From assembly GCA_000708835.1 (NCBI GenBank), contig DF237009.1:62001-126000 (forward strand): a stretch of DNA of 64,000 nt, given 5' to 3'. This DNA is from Klebsormidium nitens (lineage: Eukaryota > Plantae > Klebsormidiophyceae). A program made the translations under genes and the position numbers. How positions within the stretch are numbered: position 1 is the first letter of the stretch; every line of letters starts with the position of its first letter. The notes beneath the pieces are model-generated. The model did not search any database. It was not told where the DNA came from and was given only the letters and a program-made list of their open reading frames with translations. This document shows, in pieces, positions 11,901-23,900 of the stretch.

Positions 11901-14900
11901 CGGAGTTGCAAAATCGTAAAGTTTGTTCACAACCCCCGAAAACGGGTTTTAGAATTTTCGATAGAAACCGAAAGAAACCATACGATTCAATCCATTTGTT
12001 TATGTTCAGATCGCGGACATGGAGGCTGTGGCAGCCGATGCCGAGCGCGAGAAGGGGGAGCTGCTGGCCCAGGTCGCGGAGCTGCGCGGCGTGGCGGCCG
12101 AGAAGATGGCGCTGCTGGACGAGTTCGAGAAGCGGTTCGCGGAGCAGTACCGCGAGTGGGAGGGGCGGGCAGCCGAGCTGGCGGAGGAGGTTAAGGTGAG
12201 GTTAACTTTACGGTTAAGTTGAAGGTTACAAAAGCGGGTTCTCATAACCTGGAGTACGTTTGAGAAGATGGTTCTATTGGAGGAGTTCGAAAAGTGGTTC
12301 GCGGAGCCGTACCGCAAGTGGGAGGGGCGGGCAGCCGAGCTAGCGGAGGAAGTTAGTGTGAGTTAAGACAACCAGGCTTTTTGGTGCTAAGGTCTTTAAA
12401 ACTTGAAGAGGTTTTTCACTACGTCGAAGGACATGGCTCTCTTGACGAGTTTGAGGAGGGTCTCGCGGACCAGTACCGCGAACTCGAGACTCTGGAGATA
12501 CAAGACTTGGAATCGACGAATTTTGTGTTTTTGGGGTGCTAGCTTTTCAGAGTATCAATCCCATCCTATTCCCACCTGAACAAGCTTGAGTAGCAGCTCG
12601 CTGAGCTGTTTGAAGTGGGAGGGCCGGGCCGCCAAGTTAGCAAGGAGATCAAGGTAGACTAAATCGATACGCATGGTATGAGGAGCCTCTACATTTCTGG
12701 CTTGCCAAGGTTCAGAGAAAATTCGTTTCTATATCCGAGGCGAGGATTGTCGTGAGCGAGCCGAAGGTGGAAAGTGCGGTCCGTCATTTGACGTCTATTT
12801 TTTGACCACATGATCAATGCCAAAGGCTGCCCTCGAGAAGCCAGCTTTCGAACAGATCTTCTACGAAGAAACAGGTCAAACATCGCGCCGTTTCCCTCTG
12901 TTTCCCAGGCGCGCGAGGACGAGGCGGCCGCGCTGCGCGAGGAACTAGAGCGGTGGCACCGCGACGCGGCCGGCGGCGCGGTGCTGACGTCACAGGGCGG
13001 CGACGGGGAGGGCAAGGCGGGCGCGCTGCAGCAGGCGCTGCGCGCGGCGCAAGAGAAGGAGGCGCTGCTGCTGGAGGCGTACGAGCAACTAGAGCGGGAC
13101 CAGGAGAAAGAGCTGGCCGCGGGTGGGTTTCGAGATTTTGAGTCTAAGAAACCTGGCTGAATTTGTCTCCGAATCTAGCTGGATTTGGGTGTGGAGTTCA
13201 AAATCTTCATGCAAAGCTCTTCTGACAAATATGAAAGAAGATCAGACTGCTAGGAGGATTCGGCGGCTGGTGACCATTTTCAGCTTCCAAATTTTGGAAT
13301 CGCTGGGACTCTCCGGCAACCTGCTGTCAGATCTGACGGCCTTTGACACGGTGCGCTAAAGATCGTCGCAGGGACAGGACTGATGTTCAAATCATTCCCG
13401 TGGATGCAAAATAACTCGATTCGGCCTCTTGGACTTTGATTCGTTTCCGGAGAGGTTTTGAAGAGTCGACTTTTCAATCTGAAGATGGAAGAGCATTCTG
13501 TGTGTGACTGTTCGGCAAAGGTAACGGTGATAAAGATTCGCCTCTGTCCTCATAGTTGGCGCGGCACCAAGTCGCGCTGATGAAGCTGGTGAAGTTGGAG
13601 AAGCTGATGAAGCTGGAGACTCACAACTAATACATAAGAACGATAAAAACGCAAAGAGACAAGTCGATCCGATTCGGCAAATCTTGATTCAGTCACACTT
13701 TTCTCTTTTGCTTTGTGTTAAACGTCGAAAACGATTTTCCTCCTGCCTACAGCGTTGGCGCGGCAGAAGGCGCAGCTGACGAAGCTGGAGAGTCACAACC
13801 GGGCAAAGGAGGCGGCGCTAGAAGCGGACCGGCAGCGGTACGACCAACTAGACCGGGCGCTCGCGGAGGCGCAGATCGAGAAAGAGGAGGCGGTGAGGGG
13901 CCATCTTTCTCGCCAATTTCGCTCTGCCATCGCTTTCCGCGCCAGACCCAGATTCAGTCCTTTGGACATTTAGAACTTCGCGTGAAACGCAATATCATCA
14001 GCGCAGTTGGTTGCTTCACAGGCTCTGTTCGCAAAAGATCGTACGCGAAGCGCTTTCTCATTTAAGGCGGCCCACTTTCTGAAGAAATTGTGCGATAGAG
14101 CCATCTGTTGAAATGTGACGTCGTGTTGAAGCCGGCGTGCGGCCTCAGTGAGGCGATGCAACATGCAGCGACTTAAGAAGAGCCTATACAATTTGTTCTC
14201 AGGTAGAGCCTACCTTCAAGGGTACTATACTTGCTCAACTTTACCAATCAGGTTCTGCCAGCTGTCGCGGCTTGCGGACTACGAGGCGGGCGTGTACGAA
14301 CTGAGCGAGGCGATAGCATACGAAGCGGCTCAAGAGCAGGCTCATTTGATAGACTGATAACCAAGATGTGTACTTACTTATTTCTACCAGTCAATTGGTA
14401 CCAGCTGTCTCGGCTGGCCGACTATGAGGCGGGCGTGTACGGCCTGAGCGAGGCGATGCGCGACGTGAAGCGGCTGAAAAAGTCCGTCAAGGCCGGTGAA
14501 GAAGAGCTGCAGGCGTGCCTAACAAAATTGAACCACCGGAACCAACAAATGGAGGACCTCCTCGAGGAGAACAGGTGCGCGCCACCATTCCGTTAGTCCG
14601 GCTCCGTATTTTCGTCCTTCCGCTCTACATTCCGTTTCTCCAGAGGAGAAAGTGCAGGCGTGCCCCATCAAGCTGAACCACCGGAATCAGACAGGTGTAG
14701 GACCTCCTCGAGAAAACAGGTGCGCGCGTTCCGTTGTGCCGCTCAGGATTCCGCTTTCCAAGCTCAACATGCGCTGAAAGCTGGTGAGAAGGAGGTGCCT
14801 CACAAGATCGAACCACCGGAACCAGCAGACTGAGGATCTCCTCGAGGAGAACAGTTGCGCGCCTTTCCGTGCTTCGCTTGCAACCTAGTCAACTCTGCCC

Positions 14901-17900
14901 TTCCTTCTCAAATTTTCGAATAGCTTCTTTCCAAATCCTTGCTCCGAAGGGCGGGCATTCCCGAGAGCAAGCCAGTAAAAGCGTTGATGTAAGTGCATAC
15001 ACAGAGACGTAATATCCTGCAAAATTTTGTCCTCTCTCGCCAAAAATCTTCTACGAAGGCGGGCGTCTCCGCGGGCACGCCAGATATACCTATGCGTGAC
15101 CTCTTGAAGTGTCTCAATTCAAAGTTCTCCGTTTCGCCTTCTGCAGGTTCCTGCGCCAGAAGGCGGGCGTCCCCGCGGCCGCGGCCGTGGACCTGGGCGA
15201 CTTCCGGCTGCAGTCGCAGGTCGAGGTGGAGCAGCTGCGCGCGCTGAACGCGCAGCTGGAGAAGGAGCTCGCGCAGCTGGAGGACGAGCGGCGCGAGCTG
15301 AAGAATGAGCTGCGCTACCGCGCGAAGTACCACGGGGAGGCCGCCGCGAAAATGGGGTTAACGGCGAAGCAGTTAGTGGCGTTAGAGGAGTACTCGAACA
15401 AGCTGCGGTTCGGAAAGGACAAAGGTGGGTCAAGGAGCGGGTTTGGAAAGACGAAGTCTGGGGGAGCCGGAAAAGGTGGGTTTGAAAGAAGTGGGTTTGG
15501 GGCAACTGATGGGAGTGGGTTCGGCAGCGAAACGGAGGAGAGCGAGAGCGACGCGTCCGGGGTTGGGAGGGCCCGCGGCGCGGCCGCGAAAGCGCCCGGA
15601 GGTATAGGGTTTGAGATGGAGGTGCGGACGCTGCGGACGAAGCTGTCGCTCGCGGACGTGCAGAGTGCGGAGCTGCGCGAAACGGTGGAGCACTTGAAAG
15701 AGGAGAACACGACGCTCATGAAGGAGAACCTGCTTCTGAAGGATAGAGTGATCTCAGCTCTTTCAAAAGCGGCGGGAAGTGCAAAGAAACTCGCGGGCGA
15801 TCGATCTGCAACTACAGGAGCGGATACAGCTCGGAAAGAGAAAAGCAAGCAAGCGGATGATAGACACGTGGCATCCAACCAGGAAGGACACGCGGCGGTG
15901 GAGGAAGAGCTGGCGGGGATTTTGCGCCTGCTGCGGCAGGAGGTGACGTGGCAGTCAGGACAGCTGGTTTCGTCCCCCACGAAAGGCGCCGCGTTGCCGG
16001 ATGGAGTAAACGCCCTTCCGGACGGTGTGAATGCGCCTCGGAGCGAGTACGAGCGGACGCTGCGGGAGCGGTTGAACCGGCTGATGGACGACGTGTCCGA
16101 AAAGGAGGTCGAGGCAGAGGAGGCGCGCGCGCGCGCACAGCGCGCGGAACGGGAGCGCGATGCTTTTCGGGCGCGGCTGAGGGAGCGGGTCGAGGGCCAG
16201 CTGTCGCCCCCAGCTCGCGGGGGCGCCCGCGCTGACGTCAGCGGCGTGTCGAGTGAGGTCAGCTTGAAGTTTGATGACGTTGTTGGACAGGTGGATGACG
16301 CCAGCAGGAAGCTGGGCGACGCCGGCGGCCGCTCAACAGCCGCCTCGCCGGGCCGCGAAAAACAAATTGGTGACCAGAAAGACGAGCCACGCAGGGAGGA
16401 AGTTGCCTTTGCGAGCACTCAGCGGGACGAGATCGTTCGCGAGCTGCAGATCAAAGAGGACCAACTCGCGCTCCTCACGGCCGACTTCGAGGCGCAGCGT
16501 GCAGAACTAGAGCGTGCGAAAGACGCGAGGGTTGCGCTCGAGAAGGCGGCGAAGAAGGCGGCCGCGGAGAGCGCGAGCGAGCGCACGCGCGCGGAGAAGG
16601 AGCTGCAGGACGCGCGCGCGGAGGTGGCGGAGGCACGCGGCGAGGCGGCGGAGTGGGAGAGGGCGGCCGCGGCACTGCGCGGGGGCGACGTCAGACAGCA
16701 GCTGGTCAGCAACGTGAAGCGGCTGACCGTACTGCAGGTAAGGCAATCCGCATACTGGTAACTCCCATTTCACTTCAAATCATTTCACTTAAGATCCGAG
16801 CTACCCGGGCAAACAAACTAAAAACCCTGACCGACAAAATCACCCGCTCCGCATCCGAACCAGTCCTAACCACCAAGCTAACCCTACCCGTCTCCGGGGC
16901 CCCTATCCTGAGTGGAATGGCTCTTAAGTGAAGTGGGAGTTACCGAAGTGCAATCGGCATCTTCTCCAGCTTGTCGCTGGTTTGTCTTTAGTGAGCCAAT
17001 GACGCCGGAAGCCATACCGTTTGCAAACGTCCTTTTTTCGCTTCATCTTTCTGCTCAATTCTCCCCATTCTCTTAAAACCGTTGTCAAAGCAATCAGCTG
17101 TGATTAGATGCGATGAAACCTGTGGTTTGTTCATGCTACCGTCTCAAACTTGGCTGGCCCCTACAAGTTGGTCAGGTCCATGACTTAAAAGAGTCCTAAA
17201 CCTTGCCAAAAATTGTCCAATCTGCCCCGAACTTGTCAACAATGCCATTCTCTGAAATTCGCAGTTTGAACCCTGCGGCCTATGGATGTCGCTTTCAGTG
17301 ATCAAGTTCGACAAAAGAAAAGGGTGCTAGCCTTCTTATTTGGCACCACAAGAGTCAAATAATGTGTGACCCTCGCTCACTCTGATCCTGACACGTCACG
17401 ATTGAGCAGGTCCGGATGGCGCGCGCTGCCTGCGCCGCAGAGCTCGCGGCCGCGGGAGAGATCGAGGCGCGCGAGCGGCTCAAGGGCGTGCAACTAGAGA
17501 TGGAAGAAATGGAGGACACGCTACGGCAGTACCACTGGTTTCTGGAGAAGAGCAAGGTGGGTGGGCGTAAACAGGCAGACCCTTATCCAGTGCAGCTGAA
17601 GCGATTGTCGTCCTGGCGGGCAACATCTTGGCCCCTGGACCTGTCACTTAGGACCGGATGGGACTGTTTTGGCTGTGTCTTCTGTGCGGGCGAGAACCCG
17701 ACTTAGGCGCTTTTAGCAAAATATCTTGGAACCGTTGCTTTGGTATCTTCGAATCTGGATGACTTTGATCATATCGTCAGCTGAAAGGCGTTCACTGATT
17801 AATTACAAGGATCACTGGGTCTTTCCGTTGTCGAAGACAGGGCGTCAAAGTTCGTCTTTCAACTCCCGACTCGCGGAACCCCTGTTTAGATGTTCGCTCA

Positions 17901-20900
17901 CGTCATTAACAAGTGGCGACATTTCTACGCAGGAGGAAGCAGACGCGCGCGCTGCCGCCGCCGCCAAAGAGCTCGCAGCCTCGGTGCCCCGGAAGGACCA
18001 CGTGGCGCTCGCTGAGTCGCTGCACGAGACCCAGAGAAAGCTGACCGAGAACCTGACCGACAAGACGCAGCTGGCGCTGGCGGAAACCGAGGCCGCTCGC
18101 ACGAGAGACGAACTAGAGCGGCTGAAAAAGAACACCGAGAAAGTGGACGAGGAGCGCGCGCAGTTGGCCGAAAAGTGCGCGCAGCTGGAGGCGTTTCTGC
18201 GCGAGCTGAAGGAGGGGGAGGGTGGGGACGAGAGAGTGCGCGAGGAGATGGCGGAGCTGCGCGTGGCGCGCGCGCTCGCGGAGAGGCGCGCGGAGATGGC
18301 GGCGCGGGAGCGCGGCGCGGCAGAGGGAGTGCGCGAGGGGGCGGAACGGCGGCTGCGCGAGCTGGAGGGGCAGGTGAGCACTGAGTCAACGGATCAGTCC
18401 TTGTGGAATATAGGTGACAATTCGGGATAAAAGGTTCTGCGTGTTAGATGATCCCCAGTCATGGTTCAGAAAAACTTTGACATGCAGGAATACAGCGTTC
18501 ACCTTTCGTGTTGTTCTGAGATTGCTTGCATCCTGGAGTTGCACGCATCGCCGAAGCGGCGTGTACAATCAAACAGTTCTGCCGACGAGAAAGCCTTGAA
18601 GGAACACTTCTGTAGACACCCTTCCGTCGTTCGAGGAGTCGCCGCTATGTACATTCCGGGCACTGGTTTAGCACGAAATCACGCTTTCAGTAGTGCCCGG
18701 TTGATACCGCAGGTTTGTACCGCGGGCTTCCACGGTACCTTCTCTTTCTTTACGACGCACAATGAACTTTGGAAGTAGTTCTTTATCAGCCATATATTGC
18801 TCTTCCCATACAGGACATTTCCTTGAAATCCACAAGTACTTTCATCAGAAGTCCTTGAACCAAGAAGTCTTCTCTTAAATCCAGAAAATGACCTCACCTC
18901 CCCTGATCCCCTGTCTGTCCAGGTTGGCGCCCTTGCGAAGCAGCTCCACGAAGCGCACGAGGAGAGCCGCGCGCTTCGAGCCGCGGCTGCGGCCAGGGAC
19001 GCGCGAGCGGCACCAGTGGAACCGAACCTCCGACCTAGAGTGGGCGAGCTGGAGGCAGAGGTGAGCAGGAACAGGAAAACCTCGAAGCGGAGAACAAAGG
19101 CCATAGTAATTCTTGAAAGAGACGGTAGTCGCCCAACGGTCATGTCTGAGCAATTTTGGACGAAGTTGGCACCAGCGTCGCCTCATGAATGGTGAAATGT
19201 CTGTTCGCCAAAACACACACCCTAACTCACTGCCTCTTGGATTTCGATTGTTTAACGACCGAGATCTTCTGTTTGCTGCCGTAAATACGAGTCAGCTCCA
19301 CTTTCAAGGCAGGTTTCATAGACCGTTGAGAGCCTTGTGGGGCTTCGTAGACGGGCGAAGCTCGTAAGTTCGGATCTGGGTAACTAGAGAGGCTCGCCAA
19401 AGGCTGAAGCCTCCCCTCTACACAAGTTGACGGTTACGGATGTCGAGGGCTGACCCAAGAAGTCCACTTCCGTGTGTGCCGGCTCACTAAGCGCCTAACC
19501 ATGAAGACCAAGTTTCAAATGTGGTTTCGACGTCTTTCCGCAGGTCCGAAAGTGGCGCGCGAGCGCGGACGCGCTAAGCGAGAAGCTGGCCGGCCGCGAG
19601 TGCGGCGACCAGGCGGCCGCGGCCGAGCGCGATCAGCTGCGCGCGGCGGTGCGCGAGCTCGGGCAGGGGAGCGACTCCAAGGCGGAGGCCGCCAAGCTGC
19701 ACGAGAAGGTCGCGCGCGCGCGCGCCAAAGAGGTGCGCGAGGGGTAGGGAGTTTTTCACGTGGCTCTGAGAACGAGTAGTGGTTTGGACGCCTTCCGAGA
19801 TGGGAGGAGTGCCTCTCGGGTCGAACAGCTACCTTTTCATCGGTTACGTAACCGACGAGGTAAGGGGGAGGGACAATGGTGCTTGGAGGCTCGTAAGGAT
19901 TCGGATTGCCGCCATTGAAGCCGCGCGGTAGCTGAGATCAACAGAGTCCAACAAATGAGGTGGAGAACAGGACAAATGAGAATTTTAAGGCAGGACCAGA
20001 AAGCTGGAATCCTCCATGGAAACTGCACTAGCTGAAGATCGAAATCTCTTTCCGGTTCCACCTTGCAGATCGCGCTTGCGCGGCAGCTCGCGCGGGCCGA
20101 GACTGCGGCCGGCCGCGCGCGCTCGGAGGTGCTCCTCCTGCGGCAACAGCTGGACGAGAAGGAGGCGCGGCTGTGCGCGAGCGAGAGCGAGGCGCGCGCG
20201 GCGCACGCGGAGCAGCAGCGCGCGCTCCGGCGGCTTGAGAGCGCGCTCGCGTGCCAGGCACGTGCCCCGCTTTTCCCCCCAAAAATCTCAGATCCTCAGC
20301 GTTCTTCGGTCTAGTACAGATCACACTCTGAGAGCGGGTATTTTTTGAGGGCGAACGTTTGCAAGAATTTGCTTCGTCAGTCCAAATTGCAAAGGTGGCC
20401 CACAGGTCTCACTCTTGACGTGTCTGCAGCGATTGGCAGCAGACATTACAATGCGACTGTGCTCAATTGAGTCACTAGACGACCTGATCTGACTTCTGGG
20501 TATCCTCCGGCGGGGTGTTCCGGTCAGCTTCTACAGTGGCTCTTCCTTCGTACCACTTAAAAATACCTCGAAACTTTTTCAAACATAGGCTCCAAAGGTT
20601 CCGAAAAGCTAGGACCAGGGCTCTTGTCGGCAACTCCTTCTGCATTGTCGATCGAGCATTCTCCTATAGTTCGCTATGGTGGGACTTTGGTTGATCCCAG
20701 CGCACCATAGCATTTGGAAGAGCGGACTATTGTACATACCTCAAAGCGTGTGCATTCCCCACGTGATAAAGGGGTCTCGACGTTTGTGGAAAGGGGAGAG
20801 TAACGAGTCCGTTTGATCGGATTCATGAGCATGCCTTCGGCGAGCTTTCTTCACTTCAACGGATTGCTCGACTCGGTGAAGCTTGAAAGGGCGTTTCTGA

Positions 20901-23900
20901 TTGTTCATAAATTCCAATCCAACGGCCACAAATCGCCCCTCTGAAGTTTCCCTACCTTCCTGCGCAGATCGACGGCCAGAAAGCCGCCGCCTGGTCCGCC
21001 GAGCTCCTCAAACTCGCGGCGGACCGCAAGGCCCTCTCTCAGGCCGCCACGTGTCTCAAGGGCGAGCTCCGCGCGCTCCAGGACGCGCTCGCGGCCGCGC
21101 AGGGCGAGCTCGCGCGCGTCAAGAACGTCGAGCGCGTTTTGAGCGCGAGCGCGCCCGAGGTGTACCGGCAGAACGTGGAGCTGGGCGAGAGGGAGCTGCA
21201 GCTGAAACTAGGCGTGGGGAGACTGGAGCGCGCGCTGGCGGCGGAGAAGGAGCGGGTGGGGCAACTAGAGCGGGCGGGCGCGGAGAGGTAAGGAGAGACA
21301 AATTGGAGACTTCGTCTCTTGTCAGTATTTCATTCATCAGAGCGGTACGGACCTTCTACAGGACTATATGGCTTACTAGATTGAAGCTGACTTCCCACGA
21401 AATTCCTCGCATTACAGGATGGGTCCGGCTTTGGCTTCTAGGAACTGCTGCGTTCTGGACTCTGTTCACGTCTCAAGGCTTCCCGTATTAGTCAACTCCG
21501 ACTTCATTTCGTAAGGAGCTCTTTTCTGGGTCCCTTTTCATCAGAAAATCTTCATGGCAGCCCTCTTTGTATGGCGTTCTTTTCTGGATCCCCGTCTGTT
21601 CCGCTCTCGCAGCGAGCAGCGCATCGCTGCCCTCGAGGAGAGCGCCCTCCGCGAGCGAGCGCGCCTCGAGGACGCGCGCAACGGCGCGCAGCGCAGGGCT
21701 GAGCTCGCGGAGCGCGAGCTGCTCGCGCTCAGAAAGGAGCGCGACGCGCTGGACGTCCGGCTGCGCATGGAGCGGAGCGTCCGGAAGGCGGCGCCGTCCG
21801 CGGCGAAGGTGGCTATCCACGGGGAGGACACGGCGCTGCTGCACCGGCAGGTGACCGGAATTCCGCCTGAATAGTGACTCTTTTGCGACGGGGTTCAAGT
21901 TACTTTGGGTTAGAAGCGGGCGACTGCAGGTAGTGGGGAGGAACTGGCACTGCTGCACGACAAATTCGCCCGGAATTGCGACGGGATATTCTGCTATTGC
22001 TGGGATCGAGTTCGAATCTAGATTGGGCTGAAATATGAGTAGGAAGCTGGGTAGCTGCGTGGGAATGGCAGGACAATGTATGAGGAAGAAGCAGCTCTGA
22101 AGAGATGATTTACCTTGCAATAAGATGTCATTGGAAAGCCTGCCTTTTGTCACGCTTGATGAGTTAAAAAGAGTTAGAAGCTGGAATCGCGCGCGGGAAC
22201 CGACTACGATTCAAAGGTAAAGAGACAGCGCTGCTAGATGGGGGGTTGAGACTTGGGGTTTGCTCACCGGCGTTAGTCGGGGGGCCGTCAGGTGGCACGC
22301 CCCCAGGCGACTGATTGCTCGAGAATCATTCAGGAGAGTCGCTCCAAAAGTCAGTTGGGTTGAAGTAAAATGTAATCATTACCTGCGAATCCGAGTGTTG
22401 CTGCAAGCCACGTGGACCAGACGCCCTCTGTAGTATATATACTTGATACGGTTCTTTTCAATGGCCTGGTATACATGCCCTGTCTTGATAGAATGGCGAA
22501 AGGAGAATCTAGTCGGTGATCAATTGGTTGTTCTAATCATGATCACAACTGAAGACTGCCCCGCACCGCCCTCGCAGCTGCAAGAGCTCGCCGAAACGGC
22601 GGAAGCCCACCGGAAGGCCTCGTCGGAGCACCTGGAGACTGCCACCCGCCTCAAGTACGAGCGCGACGAGCTCGAGCGGCAGCTGCGCGAGGCCCGCGCG
22701 GCCGCGGCCGAGAAGCGCGCGGAGCTGCGCGCGGTGCAGCAGGAGCGGGACGCGCTGCTGGCGAAGCTCCACGACCGGCTGACGTCGGCGGTGACGTCGG
22801 CGGCGGCCGCGGGCGACGCGGCGGAGGCGCGTGAGGGGCGCGCGGCGGAGCAGGTGGGGCGGGGTTCCAGGTGGCAGAGGTTGAGATTCAGGGTTTCAGT
22901 TGGATCTGAAGAGAGATGGAGGCTCAGCAATATTGAACTGGATCTTTGGTTGCCATTATGATTGCACAACTCTATGAGTCTCTTTTGGCGGGTGGAGACG
23001 ACCGCTAAGGCAACAATCTAGCTATCGCAGCTTTAATGAGCAACAGGAATGGTTTGGAGCATGGTTAAAGAGGTTCCGTTTTCAATTTGCCACTCTATCC
23101 CGCACGCAGGCACGATCAATGCGCTCCAGGGCCCTTTGAGTGGAACCAGGCTGCAACTTTGTCGCCACGGGAGACCCTGTCTGACTCCTCTCTATCCTTC
23201 TTCTGGTAGGTAGATGATCGTGCAGGCGACGATCATCCGGCCACAGGGAATGAAAGGTATCAATAGTGTCACCGCGAAAGGCCCTGTCCGACTCCAGTCG
23301 ACGGTTCCCTTTGTGAGTAGCCACAATCGCGCAGGCGACTAGCACCGGCTACACGGTCTCTCGAACGAGGAGGCGGCGGCTATTACGACGCTGCAGGGGG
23401 CTTTCTCGGACACATAGCTTCTTTTTGTGAAAGACCATGTTCGCTTAATTCTTTTTGCAGGTAGCGACGATCGCGCAGGGCGACGATCAACCGGCTACAA
23501 GGCCTCTTGACGAGAAGGAGGCGGCGATCCTGACACTGCGGGAGGCCCTGTTCGACTTATGGCTTCTTGTGTGTGAGAGGCCTTGTTTGACCATTCCTTC
23601 ACCTTCCTTACAGGTGGCAAATGTAGCTCAGGCCACGATCAACCTGCTTCAGGGCTTTTCGACCGAGAAGGAGGCGGCGATCACGACATTGCGCGAGGCC
23701 CTATTCGACACAGGGCTTCTCATCTCGTGTGAAGGCCCTGTTTGACCCTTTATTCAACTTCTTCACAGGTGGCAACTATAGCTCAGGCGACTATAAACCG
23801 GCTACAGGGCCTTGTGAGCGAGAAGGAGGCGGCCATCACGACACTGCGGGAGGCCCTGTTCGACTTATAGCTTCTTGTGTGTGTGAGGCCTTGTTTGACC

